From Octopus vulgaris (lineage: Eukaryota), in assembly GCA_951406725.2 (NCBI GenBank), contig OX597827.1, positions 56,482,001-56,546,000 of the forward strand: a stretch of DNA of 64,000 nucleotides, read 5' to 3'. The translations under genes were made by a program, and so were the position numbers. Below, in pieces: positions 1 to 12,329 of this stretch. The notes beneath the pieces were generated by a model, which was not told the DNA's origin, made no database searches, and worked only from the letters and a program-made list of their open reading frames with translations. How positions within the stretch are numbered: the stretch's first letter is position 1; each line of letters begins with the position of its first letter.

Positions 1-281
1 GATAGAAGAGGGGTGAAGCAAGTCAGTAGATTACAGGTAAGATGCAGTATCAACTATCAGGAAATTTGAAATTAATATGAAGGGAGATAACTAATTGTTC
101 ACTCAATCCATACAATGAAGCACTGTTTGTACCACTCCAGTACAATAGTAATAGAAAACTTCACCCTCCACAGCCTCAAATCCAAACAACCGGGTTTCTA
201 TCTAAATTCTATCTCAACCAATGGTTTCTATGATAAAATAAAAAAGATTCCATATGGTTAATCAAACCAATTTATTCTTAC

Positions 282-489
282 CAGTTCCAGCAGACACTCC
301 AAATTCTATCTTCATATCAATAAGTGCACAGTTAACACCAGTCCAAGCCTTTTCCAAAATTTCAAAAATAAGAACAGTCATCTTCTCCATGATGTCAACA
401 TCATCAGGACCAATAACTTTGTCGCCACACTGAATTTTGGCAGAAATTATCTGTTCCCGGCTCCACTGAGGGTCATGATTGGCATCATC
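282..489 (-). CDS. PAICS: PAICS (multifunctional ADE2: SAICAR synthetase/AIR carboxylase), coding exon 4; gene continues left of the window
   Basis: Minus-strand translation [64 protein letters not shown] matches the SAICAR synthetase motifs KDDANxDPQW and DMKIEFG. Bounded by tgcag| and |gtaag; phases 0/1. Confidence 0.95.
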
Positions 490-1080
490 CTGCAGAGAAA
501 CAAAGAATAAAATGATTCCCCCTGTACAGATAGAAATTCTTAAAGAACTTTTTAAAACTTATAAAAATAGGGATTTCTTGTTTAGATTATAAAGTGGAAA
601 AAAATAAATGGAAGGAAAAAAGTTTGCAGACTGTGTTTGCTGCAAAAAGATATCAGGTCAAGACCTCGTATAAGTGTTCATTTTGCAAAGTGCCCTTGTG
701 TAAAGGATGCTTTGGACAGTTTCACATTAGAAATATGGCACAACTATATTTTGTTGCTTGATAGTAATACTATCATATATTCCTTTCATTTTATTACAAA
801 TATGTAAAAGTGAGGAATACATTAACTTTCAATATGTTACACACCTGTACTTATCTGTTAATGAGATTTTATTTTATTAGATGCATTGTTATGTAAATGT
901 TTTCATTAAATTGTATAAGAGTACATAGCTAATGGTATATTTGCTAGTAAAAGAGTTTTGAACCTTATTTTCAATGAAAATGTTCAAATGAAATATAGAG
1001 GAAGAATAAAATCTTGTACTAATTATAACTGTATTTCAATTAATTCAAATTCATGTACCAGGGAGTATGGTAGGGATCTG

Positions 1081-1299
1081 TTAACCTTTTCATTACAAAT
1101 CTGGCTGAAACTGGCTCTGAATACAAATGTCTTGTTTTCATAAGTTTTGAATTAAAATCTTCCACCAAATCTTAGTCACAATTTATGTTCCTAACATTAG
1201 CTGAATAACTAATTTATCTTACTAAATTCTTTGTTATATTTAAAGTAATTGAAAGAAACACAGAGCATCTCAATATAAATACAGTAATGAAAGGGTGAA
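1081..1299. mobile_element. TTAA-type (piggyBac-like) MITE, family P1
   Basis: Closely similar to the copies at 28114 and 35552; ends ttaacctttt...aaagggtgaa. Confidence 0.75.
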
Positions 1300-1381
1300 T
1301 ATTGAACCAGTAACAAGCAGGCCATGACATCATATATCTTTTATAGGACTTGAATAAAATGAAAGCAAAACAAATATTAAC

Positions 1382-1560
1382 CTTGTAAAACGTTTCCAAT
1401 TTAACAGGAGAAAATCTATGCCCTTCTGTCACCCCTGGGTTACGCTTGAGGAAGGAACCTGTTGCCACACGTCGAGTAACCCACTCAATAGGTACCATAT
1501 AGCATCGGTGAGCATGGAAAATATTGTCAGACCATTTACCAAGGAAGTGCGTTGGAATAC
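1382..1560 (-). CDS. PAICS: PAICS coding exon 3
   Basis: GIPTHF...[39 protein letters not shown]; ttacag| acceptor, |gttaat donor; phases 1/0 fit the neighbouring exons. Confidence 0.95.
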
Positions 1561-3100
1561 CTGTAAGGAATTGGATATACATATGTATGCAAAATAGCAG
1601 AAGTACAATATTTGTTAAATTTTGTAACAGCCAACCCCAATTCTCTGAGCTCTAATGGCAAAGCAATAAAATCAAAAGATTGAAGACAAGAGTAAACAAA
1701 AAGAGTATATTTAACTCTTGATACCAATCTGTCCAAGACTGTCCCGTCCCTCATTCTATGATATAAACTTCCTGTCTTTAACCCTTTTAATTACCATATT
1801 TCTACTGAACTGTACCATCTTTATGTAAACTAATTTTGAAAATAATGAAGAATTTACGAAAATACCTTGGTCATTACTAAGTTGGTAACTGGAACAAATC
1901 AATAAGGAACTTTAATGGGAAATTTTAATTTAGATCACTTTATATAAAAAAGTTTGTATCAAAGAATCAGGGACAATCTGGAGTGAGTTGGTATCAAAAG
2001 GGTTTAATGATCTTCCATTTAGTAAAAAAATATTTCATTAAACTTTTTATGATTTTCAAAATCAAAGGCAGTGTATTTCTACAGAAATAGGGAAAATAAA
2101 GCATCAACTAAGAAATAACATAACCATTATATCTACAGGGCCTAAATTAACTGACCTGCCACTTAATCCCATCCTACTGTCTTGAATTGGGTCATAATAA
2201 TGTAGTCACAGATATTAGTCTGGTTGAAAAAAATAAATAATAATATAACTATTTTGCTCCTTAATCAGTGCTGATGTGCTTATACAGACACAAACTTGCA
2301 ATGCACTATTGTTACAATAGGAAAAACTTTCAATAACTCACTATGCAGGTAGAACACCCTCCCTCATTTTCAATGTGATTCAAGGAGACCAAGACCTGTG
2401 GGCTGCACTGAAGTATCCAAAGAGTTTTTATTTTCTATAGACATTTTTTAGTGGAGCTAACTGAACTTAGTGATAATAATTACAAATGCCATGTTGGGAA
2501 ACTAATACAACCGATATTATCTGAGTACAGCAGATGATGCATCAGAGAACGATCTTACAATGGATAGCAGATCATCATCGTTTAACATCCGCTTTCCATG
2601 CTAGCATGGGTTGGACGATTTGATTGGGGTCTGGCGAACCAGACTCCAATCTGATCTGGCAGAGTTTCTACAGCTGGATGCCCTTCCTAATGCCAACCAC
2701 TCCAAGAGTGTAGTGGGTGTTTTTACGTGCCAGTTAGGTGGTACTTGCAATGGCCATGCTCAAATGGTGCTTCTTATGTACCACTTGCACAGGAGCCAGT
2801 CCAGCGGCACTGGCAACGATCTTGCTCAAATGTTTTTTTCCCGTGCCACCAGCACAAGTGCTAGTAAGGCGATGCAGGTAATGATCATACTCAAATGGTG
2901 TTTTTAACGTGCCATTGGCACGAAGGCCAGCTTGTTGCTCTGGCAATGATCTTACTCGTATGTCAAAGTAACTATACAGATATCTGCAACAAAAGTGTCC
3001 AAAACATCACAGGAGTAAAATGTTTTTATGAATCAATGTCCCCTGTTACTAAAACACAGTGCACTAAAGAAACAAAAGCGAGAGAGTAAGACAAAGTTAC

Positions 3101-3307
3101 CAGCATCATTGAGTATTTTCATGAGGGAAGAATTAGTGGAGTTTGAAATGACTGCTTTTCCTTCCATGTCATGAGCTCTTGCACCATCTCCACATGTGAT
3201 TCTGTCTTTGGACTTTATGGCAACACATCCTTTGTAAGATGGTAGGTCATAGACAATTTTGGTTTTACCCTCAATAAGGACATCTCCAAGGGTCACATCT
3301 TTGCCTG
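3101..3307 (-). CDS. PAICS: PAICS coding exon 2
   Basis: GKDVTLGDVLIEGKTKIVYDLP...KSKDRITCGDGARAHDMEGKAVISN (EGKTK and SKDRIT motifs). Tandem acceptor tacag/cag (3307 or 3304); donor gtaact. Confidence 0.95.
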
Positions 3308-3574
3308 CTGTATAAAGAGAAAAAGTACTGAAATACATCATAACATCAAAGCAAAGACATGCGTTCAGCAAATGTAACAGGAAATGCTGTATAATTATAT
3401 ACACACATAACATAAGGTAGAAAAAATGTGGAAGTTCAATATAGATATTAACTTTTCAGCATTCAGTTTTGAATTAATCATGCATTATCTTGTAGCTTCA
3501 CAATGTCAATGTTGTGTTTGTATATTTTTAGAATGATATTGTAGGATAGGTGTGAGCAGATGGATGTTTAGTGC

Positions 3575-3883
3575 TGTAGTGAAAACGATACCCCACTTCC
3601 CATGTGACAAAGTGGTATGGAGCAGCCACTATAAAGTCAGACAGTCAGTCATTGTAGGAGGCCACTAGTAGTCGAGTTGTACAAGTTCTCAGTTGGAGAC
3701 AATATCAGTTACGTGTTATATACGAATTAGAGTCACCGTCAAGGCAGACATTTCAAAGTCATTGTCTGGCAGAGCTATCAGCAATAGCATGATAGACGAG
3801 TCAAAGATGCAGAATACTGCCACAACAAGAATATTACAGTGCCGACAATAACATACAAGTGGATGAGGATCCACATTATAACA
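3575..3883. mobile_element. Possible solo LTR nested in a P2 MITE
   Basis: TGTAGTGA...TTATAACA termini interrupt the P2 MITE sequence; no clean TSD. Confidence 0.4.
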
Positions 3884-5788
3884 GTTTTAATGTTAAACAG
3901 GTATAATATTTGGACTGGATATGGCCAGATTAAATGCTTAATGGGTTACTTTATGAAATAACCTGGGGGGTTGGGGAGAGGACTTTCAGAAAATTCAGAA
4001 GATCCAATTTTCCCGTCATAACTTTCGGGAAAACGGTTATATATGAATTTTTTTTACGGAATCCCATGTTTTTGGTTATGGAGGATCTGATTCTGAAAAT
4101 TTTTTTTCTTCAAAATTTCAATTCTCCGGCCTTGGCCTTCAAGCAGGCTATTCATATGTTAGAAATAACAGCCAAATCTCACAAAACTGTAATAACATAT
4201 ACGTATATATCATTATCATCGTTTTAACGTCCACTTTTCCATGCTTGCATGGGTCAGACGAAATTTTGTAGAGGCAAATTTTCTACAGCCAGATGCCTTT
4301 CCTGATGCCAACCCACTTGTTTCCAAGTAAGATATTTCATCATGACTAGACAGGTTTTCATGGGAGACAAAGGACACTGCTTGCATGGCGATAACATTTG
4401 TTTACAACTATATATAAACTGTCGAAAAACGGACAGTATCGTCTGCCACTGATGTGGCGTATAAACTAATATTCTTTTATTTGTCATTCGACTGGGACCA
4501 TGTTAGAGGACCGCATTGAAGGGTTTTAGTAGAGCAAATCAACCCCAGGATTTATTTAAGCCTAGTACTTACTCTATCGGTCGCTTTTGCCGAACCGCTA
4601 AGTTACGGGGACGTAAACGCAGACAAATTCACACACACACATATATACGTGTATACACACACGACGGGCTTTTTTCTGTTTCCGTCTACCAAATTCACTC
4701 ACAAAGCTTTGGTCGGCCCAAGATGCCACGCAGTGGGATTGAACCTGGAACCATGCAGATGGGAAGCAAGCTTCTTACCACACAGCCTAGCATGCGCCTT
4801 GTATATAATATTACACACACACTCTCACGCTTAGATCTAGGCCGCTTTCAATTTGTACAGCTACCCCCCCCCCACCTTGCATTGTCCCCATTTTCTCTTC
4901 TATTCATCATAGCATGTCACCCGTACATACTAAATCTTCATAACGCTATCACTCATGATCATGCTGCTTGCTACTCTGTTTTCTCCTCAAGCATGATACA
5001 CCAACGGGAAGAGATTACACATCTCTTACTATTCGACGAGTGCCCTATTTGCCATCATCTCTCCACCTCCAACATTTCCAGCCTCTCTCAGATTCATTTA
5101 CACCCAACACACTCACTCTAACAGGTTTCAAATTTTGATATAAAGCCAGCAAGTTTGGGAGAGGTTATAAGTCGGTTACATCGATCCCAATGTTCAGTTG
5201 GTACTTATTTTATCAACTCCGAAATAAAAGGCAAAGTCGACCTCGGAGGCATTTAAAATCAGAGCGTAAAGTCGGACGAAATACCGCAAAAAATTTTGCC
5301 CGGCGTTCTAACTTTTCTATCGGCTCGCCGCCTTCACTCTATCTATTATTACTTCTTTCTCTATTTCACTGACTGCCAGTCCCAATATTCTCCTCCCTAC
5401 TGTAGCTACGAACAGGTAGTTCGTAACTGCTAATCTCTCTCTTTACACGCTCTTTCAGCTCTATTTCCCATTTCTCCTCAATCGTAGTTTATCTAGCACA
5501 CACACTCTCTCCTACTCACTAATAGTCTGTTACGAAGAATGACTGGGGCAGGACAACCTTACAAATACTGCGTTGCGAAGAAATAAGTGTCGAGACGACC
5601 TTTGGCAGGAGCGCGAATTTCTACTGCTGGTGTCAAGAAAATGTCACTCAGTACACTGAAGTAAATAACATGGGCACCGGATCGTACAAAAACCATGTCA
5701 AATGAAAACAAACGAGAGCAGCCTAGTCCCTCGGTCACGGCAAGAAAGAGTAGCAAAAACCAAGAACTGATTCGGATAGTGACAACCC

Positions 5789-6273
5789 CGCGAAATTTTT
5801 TTTCTCCACGAGAGTTCCGGACCCCAGTTATGAACTCATTTGCATAATCAATCAGAGCTCAAACCGATGAGCGGCATAACAAATGATGGCGAATAAGGTT
5901 AAGGAATGACAATGCTTCTTTTCTCTTCTGATAGTGTTTGTTCTTGTTTGAACCATGGCTGCCTCTGCGTAGTTATTTGTGTTGTTTCCTTTGTAAAACA
6001 GTAAGGGAAGAGGATTGCTAGCACATCACCATCTACATCTTTACCATATGGGGCCCTAACAAAAACTGATAATAGGTATAGATGCAAATCTAATTACTGG
6101 TCTCCTAAAATCAGGCATAACTTGGCGATCGGTCGACTTACAACACCGTTCTTCGTACTGAGTTTACCTGGTAGAGTGTTTAACTTGACACGGTCAAGGC
6201 GGCTCTGATTGGCTGTATGCAAATGAGTTCATTACTGGGATCCAGAACTCTCGCGGGGAAAAAGAGTTGCGCG
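5789..6273. mobile_element. MITE-like element with ~70-bp terminal inverted repeats containing octamer and CCAAT motifs
   Basis: ctccacgagagttccggaccccagttatgaactcatttgcataatcaatcagagc pairs with the reverse complement of gctctgattggctgtatgcaaatgagttcattactgggatccagaactctcgcgggg. Confidence 0.65.
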
Positions 6274-8351
6274 ACCCGCCCAACCCATGCTAGCATAGCC
6301 ATAAAAGGAGGATACAGAATTTATAAAAATCTAGCTTTAGACTGAAGAAACTGATGTAAATATTACATCAAGTTCATCTCCACTGCCACTGTCTTTTTTA
6401 ATTTTTTTTACGAAGAAGGCATGGCTGTGTGGTTTAGTCCCACTGCATGACATCTTGAGCAAGTGTCTGCTTCTAAAGCCCTGAGCCTATAGAAGCTTTG
6501 AGTGGATTCGATAGACGGAAACTGTTTTTGTGCCTGTGACAACCGGTGCTGGTTTGTTTACGTCGCTAAAACATGACAGTTCGTCCAAAAAGACCGATAG
6601 AATAAGTACCAGACTTAAGTACTGGGGGTCAATTTGTTCGACTAAAAACTTTTCAATTTGGTGCCCCTGCCTGGCCGTAGCCCAATGATTGAAACAAAAG
6701 ATAGTGACAAATATATTTCCTTCATCTTGTTTAAAAATCGCAGTTGTTCGTTTTCACATTCAATAAAAAAAAGCATAGTTCTATAAGGATGCATTAAGCT
6801 AAAGAAAGAAAAAGCCTGTTGGATACACTCTCTCACAGCTTTACATTGAAACAGACCCCCTCCCTTTGAATATCACAAGTGAAGCATGTGCCCTGCACTG
6901 TAACCTGAAAGAGAAGCAAGGGTAAGAAGGCGGGCAAAGCTAAGCTTAAAAGGAAATTTATACGGGCCAATGAATAGACAAACACGAGAGGACAGTATTT
7001 CTATCTACATTGTAATAATCCACAATTTCAAAACGTTAAAAAATAAGGTCGGGTATTATAAATTACATGTTTCCTCTCACACTTCAGTGAGAGTAAAAAC
7101 ATCACAGTAGTTAGATATAATAAACAGGAAAATTTTTATTACACATGTAACACGTATGCATGACATATGAATAATACACCACCACATTAAAATACTAATT
7201 CTAAACAATAGTCATAATTCTTCTGTAATATAAGTTTGGAAGGTCGCCTTAAGGTTTTTACAAAACGACAAAGAAAAGAAAATACACCAAAAAACCAAAC
7301 AAACATTTATTTCCCAAAAAGTTGTCAAAGAAGTTAGCAATCCGCCCGTAGGGGATAAAATGAAATGGTTAGGGTAATTATTGGCCATTGGTTTCCTTTT
7401 CTCGAAGTACAAAGATATTTTACGAGAAAAATTTGGTAAATTTATCAACCAAATGTTTCAAAAATAAAATCCAAAAGTTAGTACCACAGTAATAACAATT
7501 TTTTTTTTAATAAATAAACAATACATACTGATATTTTACATAAGGAACAAAGAAGCCCTCAAATTTGAATCGAAGACGAATAGCTTCAGCAAAAGAAATG
7601 GTATATTCATTATTAAGATTTAGTGTTTTATTTTGTATCTAACTTTCAGATAATTATAGTAGGGTAAATCATGTTTTGCACAGCGAAACCTAATTATTAC
7701 AACAAAAGGTCGCTCTAAACTACGCTTCGCAACCACGTGGTTCTACATCTTATCGTACAGTGCGGTATCAGACACGTAGCTATCACAACACTCGGCTGAC
7801 CAATGCCTTCAATGGAATTTAATAGTCGGAAAGGAAACTGTGCAGAAACTTGCTATGTATGCGTAATTCTTATAAAGATCAATGCCATGTAATTAAGCGG
7901 GTCACAAAGAAGTCAATAAAATAAGTACTAGAGTGCATAGGATTAATTTTTAGTAATTAGTGCCCAGGACTGTAGCAATAAAATAATATATATATATACA
8001 AACACAATGTAGGGGCGGGTCATATAGAAACATATATGTACAAGGGACACATAAATTTCCTATTTTGTCTAAAAAGTAGTAAACAAATAACAAAAATTCG
8101 GAAGTAAACATTTCGGTGATAAAAAGATTAGTAATATTTCCTTCTCATATATATTACTAGCAATTTATGCTGCCGAAACCTACGACCATAAATTACCAGT
8201 TGTACTTGAGTTACATATCAGGGTGCTTACACACACACACATATATATATATATCTATATGTATTTGGGATAAACTTTTTTCATTACAAATAAATGTTAC
8301 AGCAAAATTCTAAATGTAAATTACTCCAACAAAAACTTCATGCTTAAATAC

Positions 8352-8403
8352 CTTTAGGAGAGCCATCAGCATTATATAGATCGTGCACTAATTGACAAGC
8401 CAT
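8352..8403 (-). CDS. PAICS: Probable PAICS first coding exon (MACQLVHDLYNADGSPK+1 nt)
   Basis: agcATGg start and 52 nt ending AAAG|gtattt, giving the phase 1 that exon 2 needs. It sits just downstream of a CpG-containing E-box/E2F cluster. No homology support for the peptide itself. Confidence 0.65.
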
Positions 8404-8485
8404 GCTGAATTCAAAACGTAAAAAGTAGCAGACACGTTCTAAGGAATCAACAAAATAATTCTGCTCCGAATAAGAAACAAATAAA

Positions 8486-8530
8486 GGCGCGAAATAAATA
8501 CCACGTGTTTATCACGTGACTTCGCGCAAA
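8486..8530 (-). promoter_or_regulatory. Putative PAICS proximal promoter: two CACGTG E-boxes and E2F-like sites
   Basis: CACGTG at 8502-8507 and 8513-8518; GGCGCGAAA at 8486-8494 (TTTCGCGCC on minus); ttcgcgcaaa at 8521-8530; about 100 bp upstream of the ATG. Confidence 0.55.
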
Positions 8531-10554
8531 CATGTATAACAGGATCATCCAAAAACTAAACGGAAAAAATTTCTTGCTTGTTCATGTGAAGTGACTTTAA
8601 CCAATAATAAATTTTTTTAATTTAATGATTTATTGAAGAATATTTACATACACGCGCTCTTTCTCTAGCCTCTAACTTTTAGTAATCAACTAGCTCAAAA
8701 ATTTTTGTTGACTGTATTTTTCATCTTTTACTGGTTTCAGTCGTTAGTCTACGGCCATGCTGGGGCACCGCATTGTGGGGTTTTCGTCGAACGAATGACC
8801 CTAGAATTTTCTTTTAAGCCTGGTACTTATTCTATTGGTATCTTTAGCCGAACCGCTAAGTTATAGAACGTAAACAAACCTAGTTTGTGAAGCAGTGGTA
8901 TAGGATACATACACACATACATACCTTCCTACATACCTACCTATCTACCTACAAGGGGCGTACATTTCGGGTGTGCTACGTGTGTGCTGCACACCATCGA
9001 AAATTCATTATAAATATTAACCTTTCTCATTAATTTAATCACAAATCTTAATTGAAAACTTTTGTTATACACCTGCTTGAAATTTGGTAGCGGGTGTCCG
9101 GAAACAACATGGCACATCTCACAGCGCATTGTATCATATGGTACCGAGCGTATCGTCGGATAATATTAAAATGACGAAAAAATTAATGGCGAAAGGTATG
9201 CGACAGCTGTCACAACACGGTCGCATGTTCGTTTTCATGGCGGGAAGTTGTACGTTTAAATTAATTTAAAATTCCTAAACTAAAACCAATTTTTTTTTTA
9301 CAATATTTTTTGGCATTCTTTCGATATAACTCAAAACATTTCACTTCGGGTATTTTCGTGGAAGCAAATGACAGTTCGATTCTGTTTTCTGCTTGAAAAT
9401 TTGCGGAAGGGACAGAATTAGAGCTAGAGAGAATTATAGGGTGTTGTCTCACAGTTGCTTTCTCCCTCTGACCAAGGTTGGTCAGCCAGACCTCGTTGAG
9501 TTGTCACCGATTGGTGACTAACTGCTGGTTGAGTCGTCGTCACCGGCTGGTGGCTAAACTGATTTTTGCTTGGGATGTGCTTGTTTATATTAAGATCTTG
9601 AAGGATAGATATATCAATGAGAACAATAGATTTAGTTGGTGGTCCTGTTATCTATTCTAGCTTTTGGTGAAGTAGAAGAGGTTAGAAAGGGTCAAACGGT
9701 GAAGACATTATTTTGGCCTAGCTAATGGCATCTGGAAAATGTAATAACTGCTGTCAGAGAAAAACCATTGTTCCATCGTGGGAAAAGTTCTGTAGCAGTG
9801 TTGATTTAAATTTGGCTATGGTGGATCGAATCTACATATATATATTGTGGCTTTGTGTCTGTGTCCCCACCACCACTCGATAACTGGTGTTGGTGTGTTT
9901 ACGTTCACGGAACTTGGCGGTTTGGTAAAAAAAAAAACCCAATAAAAATGGTACCTGGCACAAAAAAAGAAAGAACTAGCGTTGGTTTGTACAATTAAAA
10001 TTCTTCACGGCGGTGTCCCAGCGAATCCGCAGTCTGATGACTGAAAAAGATAAAAGAACAACTAAATTTGTAAGTAAAACTTTAAGCTAAGGGAGGCAAC
10101 ACTTGTACTTTGGCATTGAAGCCTCTCACGCTTTACTTGCTAGAAATAGCAACCCAAATACTTTTAAATCAAATCCTAATGCTGGATATTCAAGAACTAA
10201 ATGAAGGGCAGATTTTCAATCTCGGGATCATCCTAATTCCAAAAAGATATAGTATGTCTATGTTGAGCAAATGTAGACTGAGATACAGGGGTCCCAGACG
10301 GACAGACAGAATTTCACTTTTATTTGTATAGATTACTAATTCAGTTTATATTAGTGCCATATATCTTTATCCTAATTGGATTGAGTTTACATTATTTTGG
10401 ATCCTGCATTTTGAATAGAAATATACAGTTTGTATGTCTAATTTGAATAATGCTTATGCTAGTCATAGTATGGTCAGTGTGGCAGCAAACCCAATGACAA
10501 AGACCACCATACACATCTACCAAATCCACTCACAAGGTTTTGGTCAGCTGAGGG

Positions 10555-11024
10555 TGTAGTGACCCGTGGCGGTCAAGCAGGAAAGAAAACGAAAAAGGTA
10601 TTCAACGAGAGTAATCTCCCTCAGCCTTCTCGAAAATTCTCGAATATTCTAGAAACTTTCAGTTAACTTCCGGATAACGTGGAAGTCAAGGACTTTCGGT
10701 TCATCCCTTATATAAAGCGAACGCAATTCTAATTTCGCGTCCCTTTTGCCTGTCGGTTCCTAGGCGTACGCATTGAACCACGCCACTCACACGCACACAC
10801 CGCACGCGCGCATATTCGCCTCATTTGCTTTGAGACATGTGGTTGCAAAGTATGTTCATGTAATATGTTACAAGCGTTTTCTTTCAAACCATTCTTATAT
10901 GTTAACGTATTACATCAAGTAATAAATATGTTATGACTTATTATGAACGTCTCACAACGTCTCTTTCTTGTCGTTTTACATACAAGATGGTGACCCCTCT
11001 TTCTCACATGCTGACATCACAACA
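10555..11024 (+). mobile_element. Solo LTR (Ty3/Gypsy-type 4-bp TSD) inserted into a SINE
   Basis: TGTAGTGA...TCACAACA termini, AGGG duplicated on both sides, TATA-like tatataaa and AATAAA inside; the SINE sequence resumes after 11028. Confidence 0.8.
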
Positions 11025-11740
11025 AGGGCTATAGTCTTAGAAGACACCCAAGGTGACACGCAGGGGTCCTGAATACGGTCTAATTACGCGGTCACGTTTA
11101 TGCTCTTTTTAATTCTTAGCCCAAAAATCTCACGTCGTTTTTTTTTCTTTAACAGTTTCTCTTTGGCTGCTGCTGTAGAAATTTTAAAGTCTAATGAAAA
11201 TTTTGTGTATTGAAGTATTGGCAGCCAAAGAGAAAAGATCCATTATTCCATATCATTTTAGGTTTTGTGCGTGTGTGTGTGTGTGTGTGTGCATACCTGC
11301 GTGTGTGCGTGTGCATACCTGCGTGTGTGCGCGCGCTACTTGGCAGCAGTTTGGACTTGTACTACAGAAGGCTGCTCTCTCGACTGGACCTGTAGGAAAT
11401 GTAAGAAACTTATAGGGACGTTAGGGGATATATTAGTTTCCAAAAATGTCCAGGAAATGTTTCTTTTCAAGAGAGATCCTCGTACTGGTGGAGTGCAGCC
11501 GCTGGGCGAGGTTGGGCCGGGCCTCTGGTGAATTGCTTCGGAGACTGTAATGTTGGGTAGTCAGAGCCCTGAGGTCTGACAAGGAAAAGCAGGTTCGTAG
11601 AATCTACAAGGAGGTTGAGAGTCGTCTTCACACTTCTGACTCACAGAGCGCTGCAACAGTTTATGCCCTCATACATAACCCGCTAGTTGGTAGACCAGTG
11701 CGCGCGCATAGCTTAGAGAGGACAGTGCTATAGGAGATTA

Positions 11741-12016
11741 TCTCTCTATATATAAACGGCAAAACATCTGTGTGTGTATCCTTTATACAAATCCACAATT
11801 TTTCAGTTAGAGGGCTTTCACTTTCTATGGTCATTCAAAACCGTCCAAGGCTGGTCATGCACATCTTTACATTTCCCCAGTCACCCCGCAAAGCCATTAA
11901 AAAAAATCGATAAACCGATCCCTTATATTTCAGGTAACAAGTCTTTAACACAAGGGACGTGACTCACTCCAGCAGTTTAATCTAAAGATATTTAAACCAT
12001 TGCAAGGGAAATAACT

Positions 12017-12052
<36 letters not shown>

Positions 12053-12329
12053 ACACACGCACATATATATATATTATAGCCTCAGTTTTGAGTGGGTTTT
12101 GTGTTTGTGTGTGTGTGTTTATACCCCCACCATTGATTGGCAACTGATGTTGCAGTGTTTACATTCCCATAGATTTGCAGTTCGGTAAAATACACTGTTA
12201 GAATAAGTACTAGGCTTACAAAGAATAAATCCTGTAGTTGATTTTTTCCAGCATGGCCGCAGTCACAAGTAAAACAATGAAAAAAACTATGCCATTTTAA
12301 TCCCGAGCAAGGCCGGGTATCTCTGCTAG
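11741..12329 (+). mobile_element. Non-autonomous Helitron
   Basis: A|TC 5' end, subterminal hairpin cccgagcaaggccggg, CTAG|T 3' end; 5' region shared with the copies at 37078 and 37528. Confidence 0.75.

Noticed and set aside
2611-2946. Recurrent ORFs such as MDDLxxxWRTRLQSDLAEFLQLDALPNANH and [17 protein letters not shown] (also 26239, 36232, 46988, 49615, 54815)
   Set aside because: They are chance reading frames within high-copy SINE families B and C.
11400-11632. TG...CA bounded segment as a solo LTR
   Set aside because: No target-site duplication and no second copy in the window.
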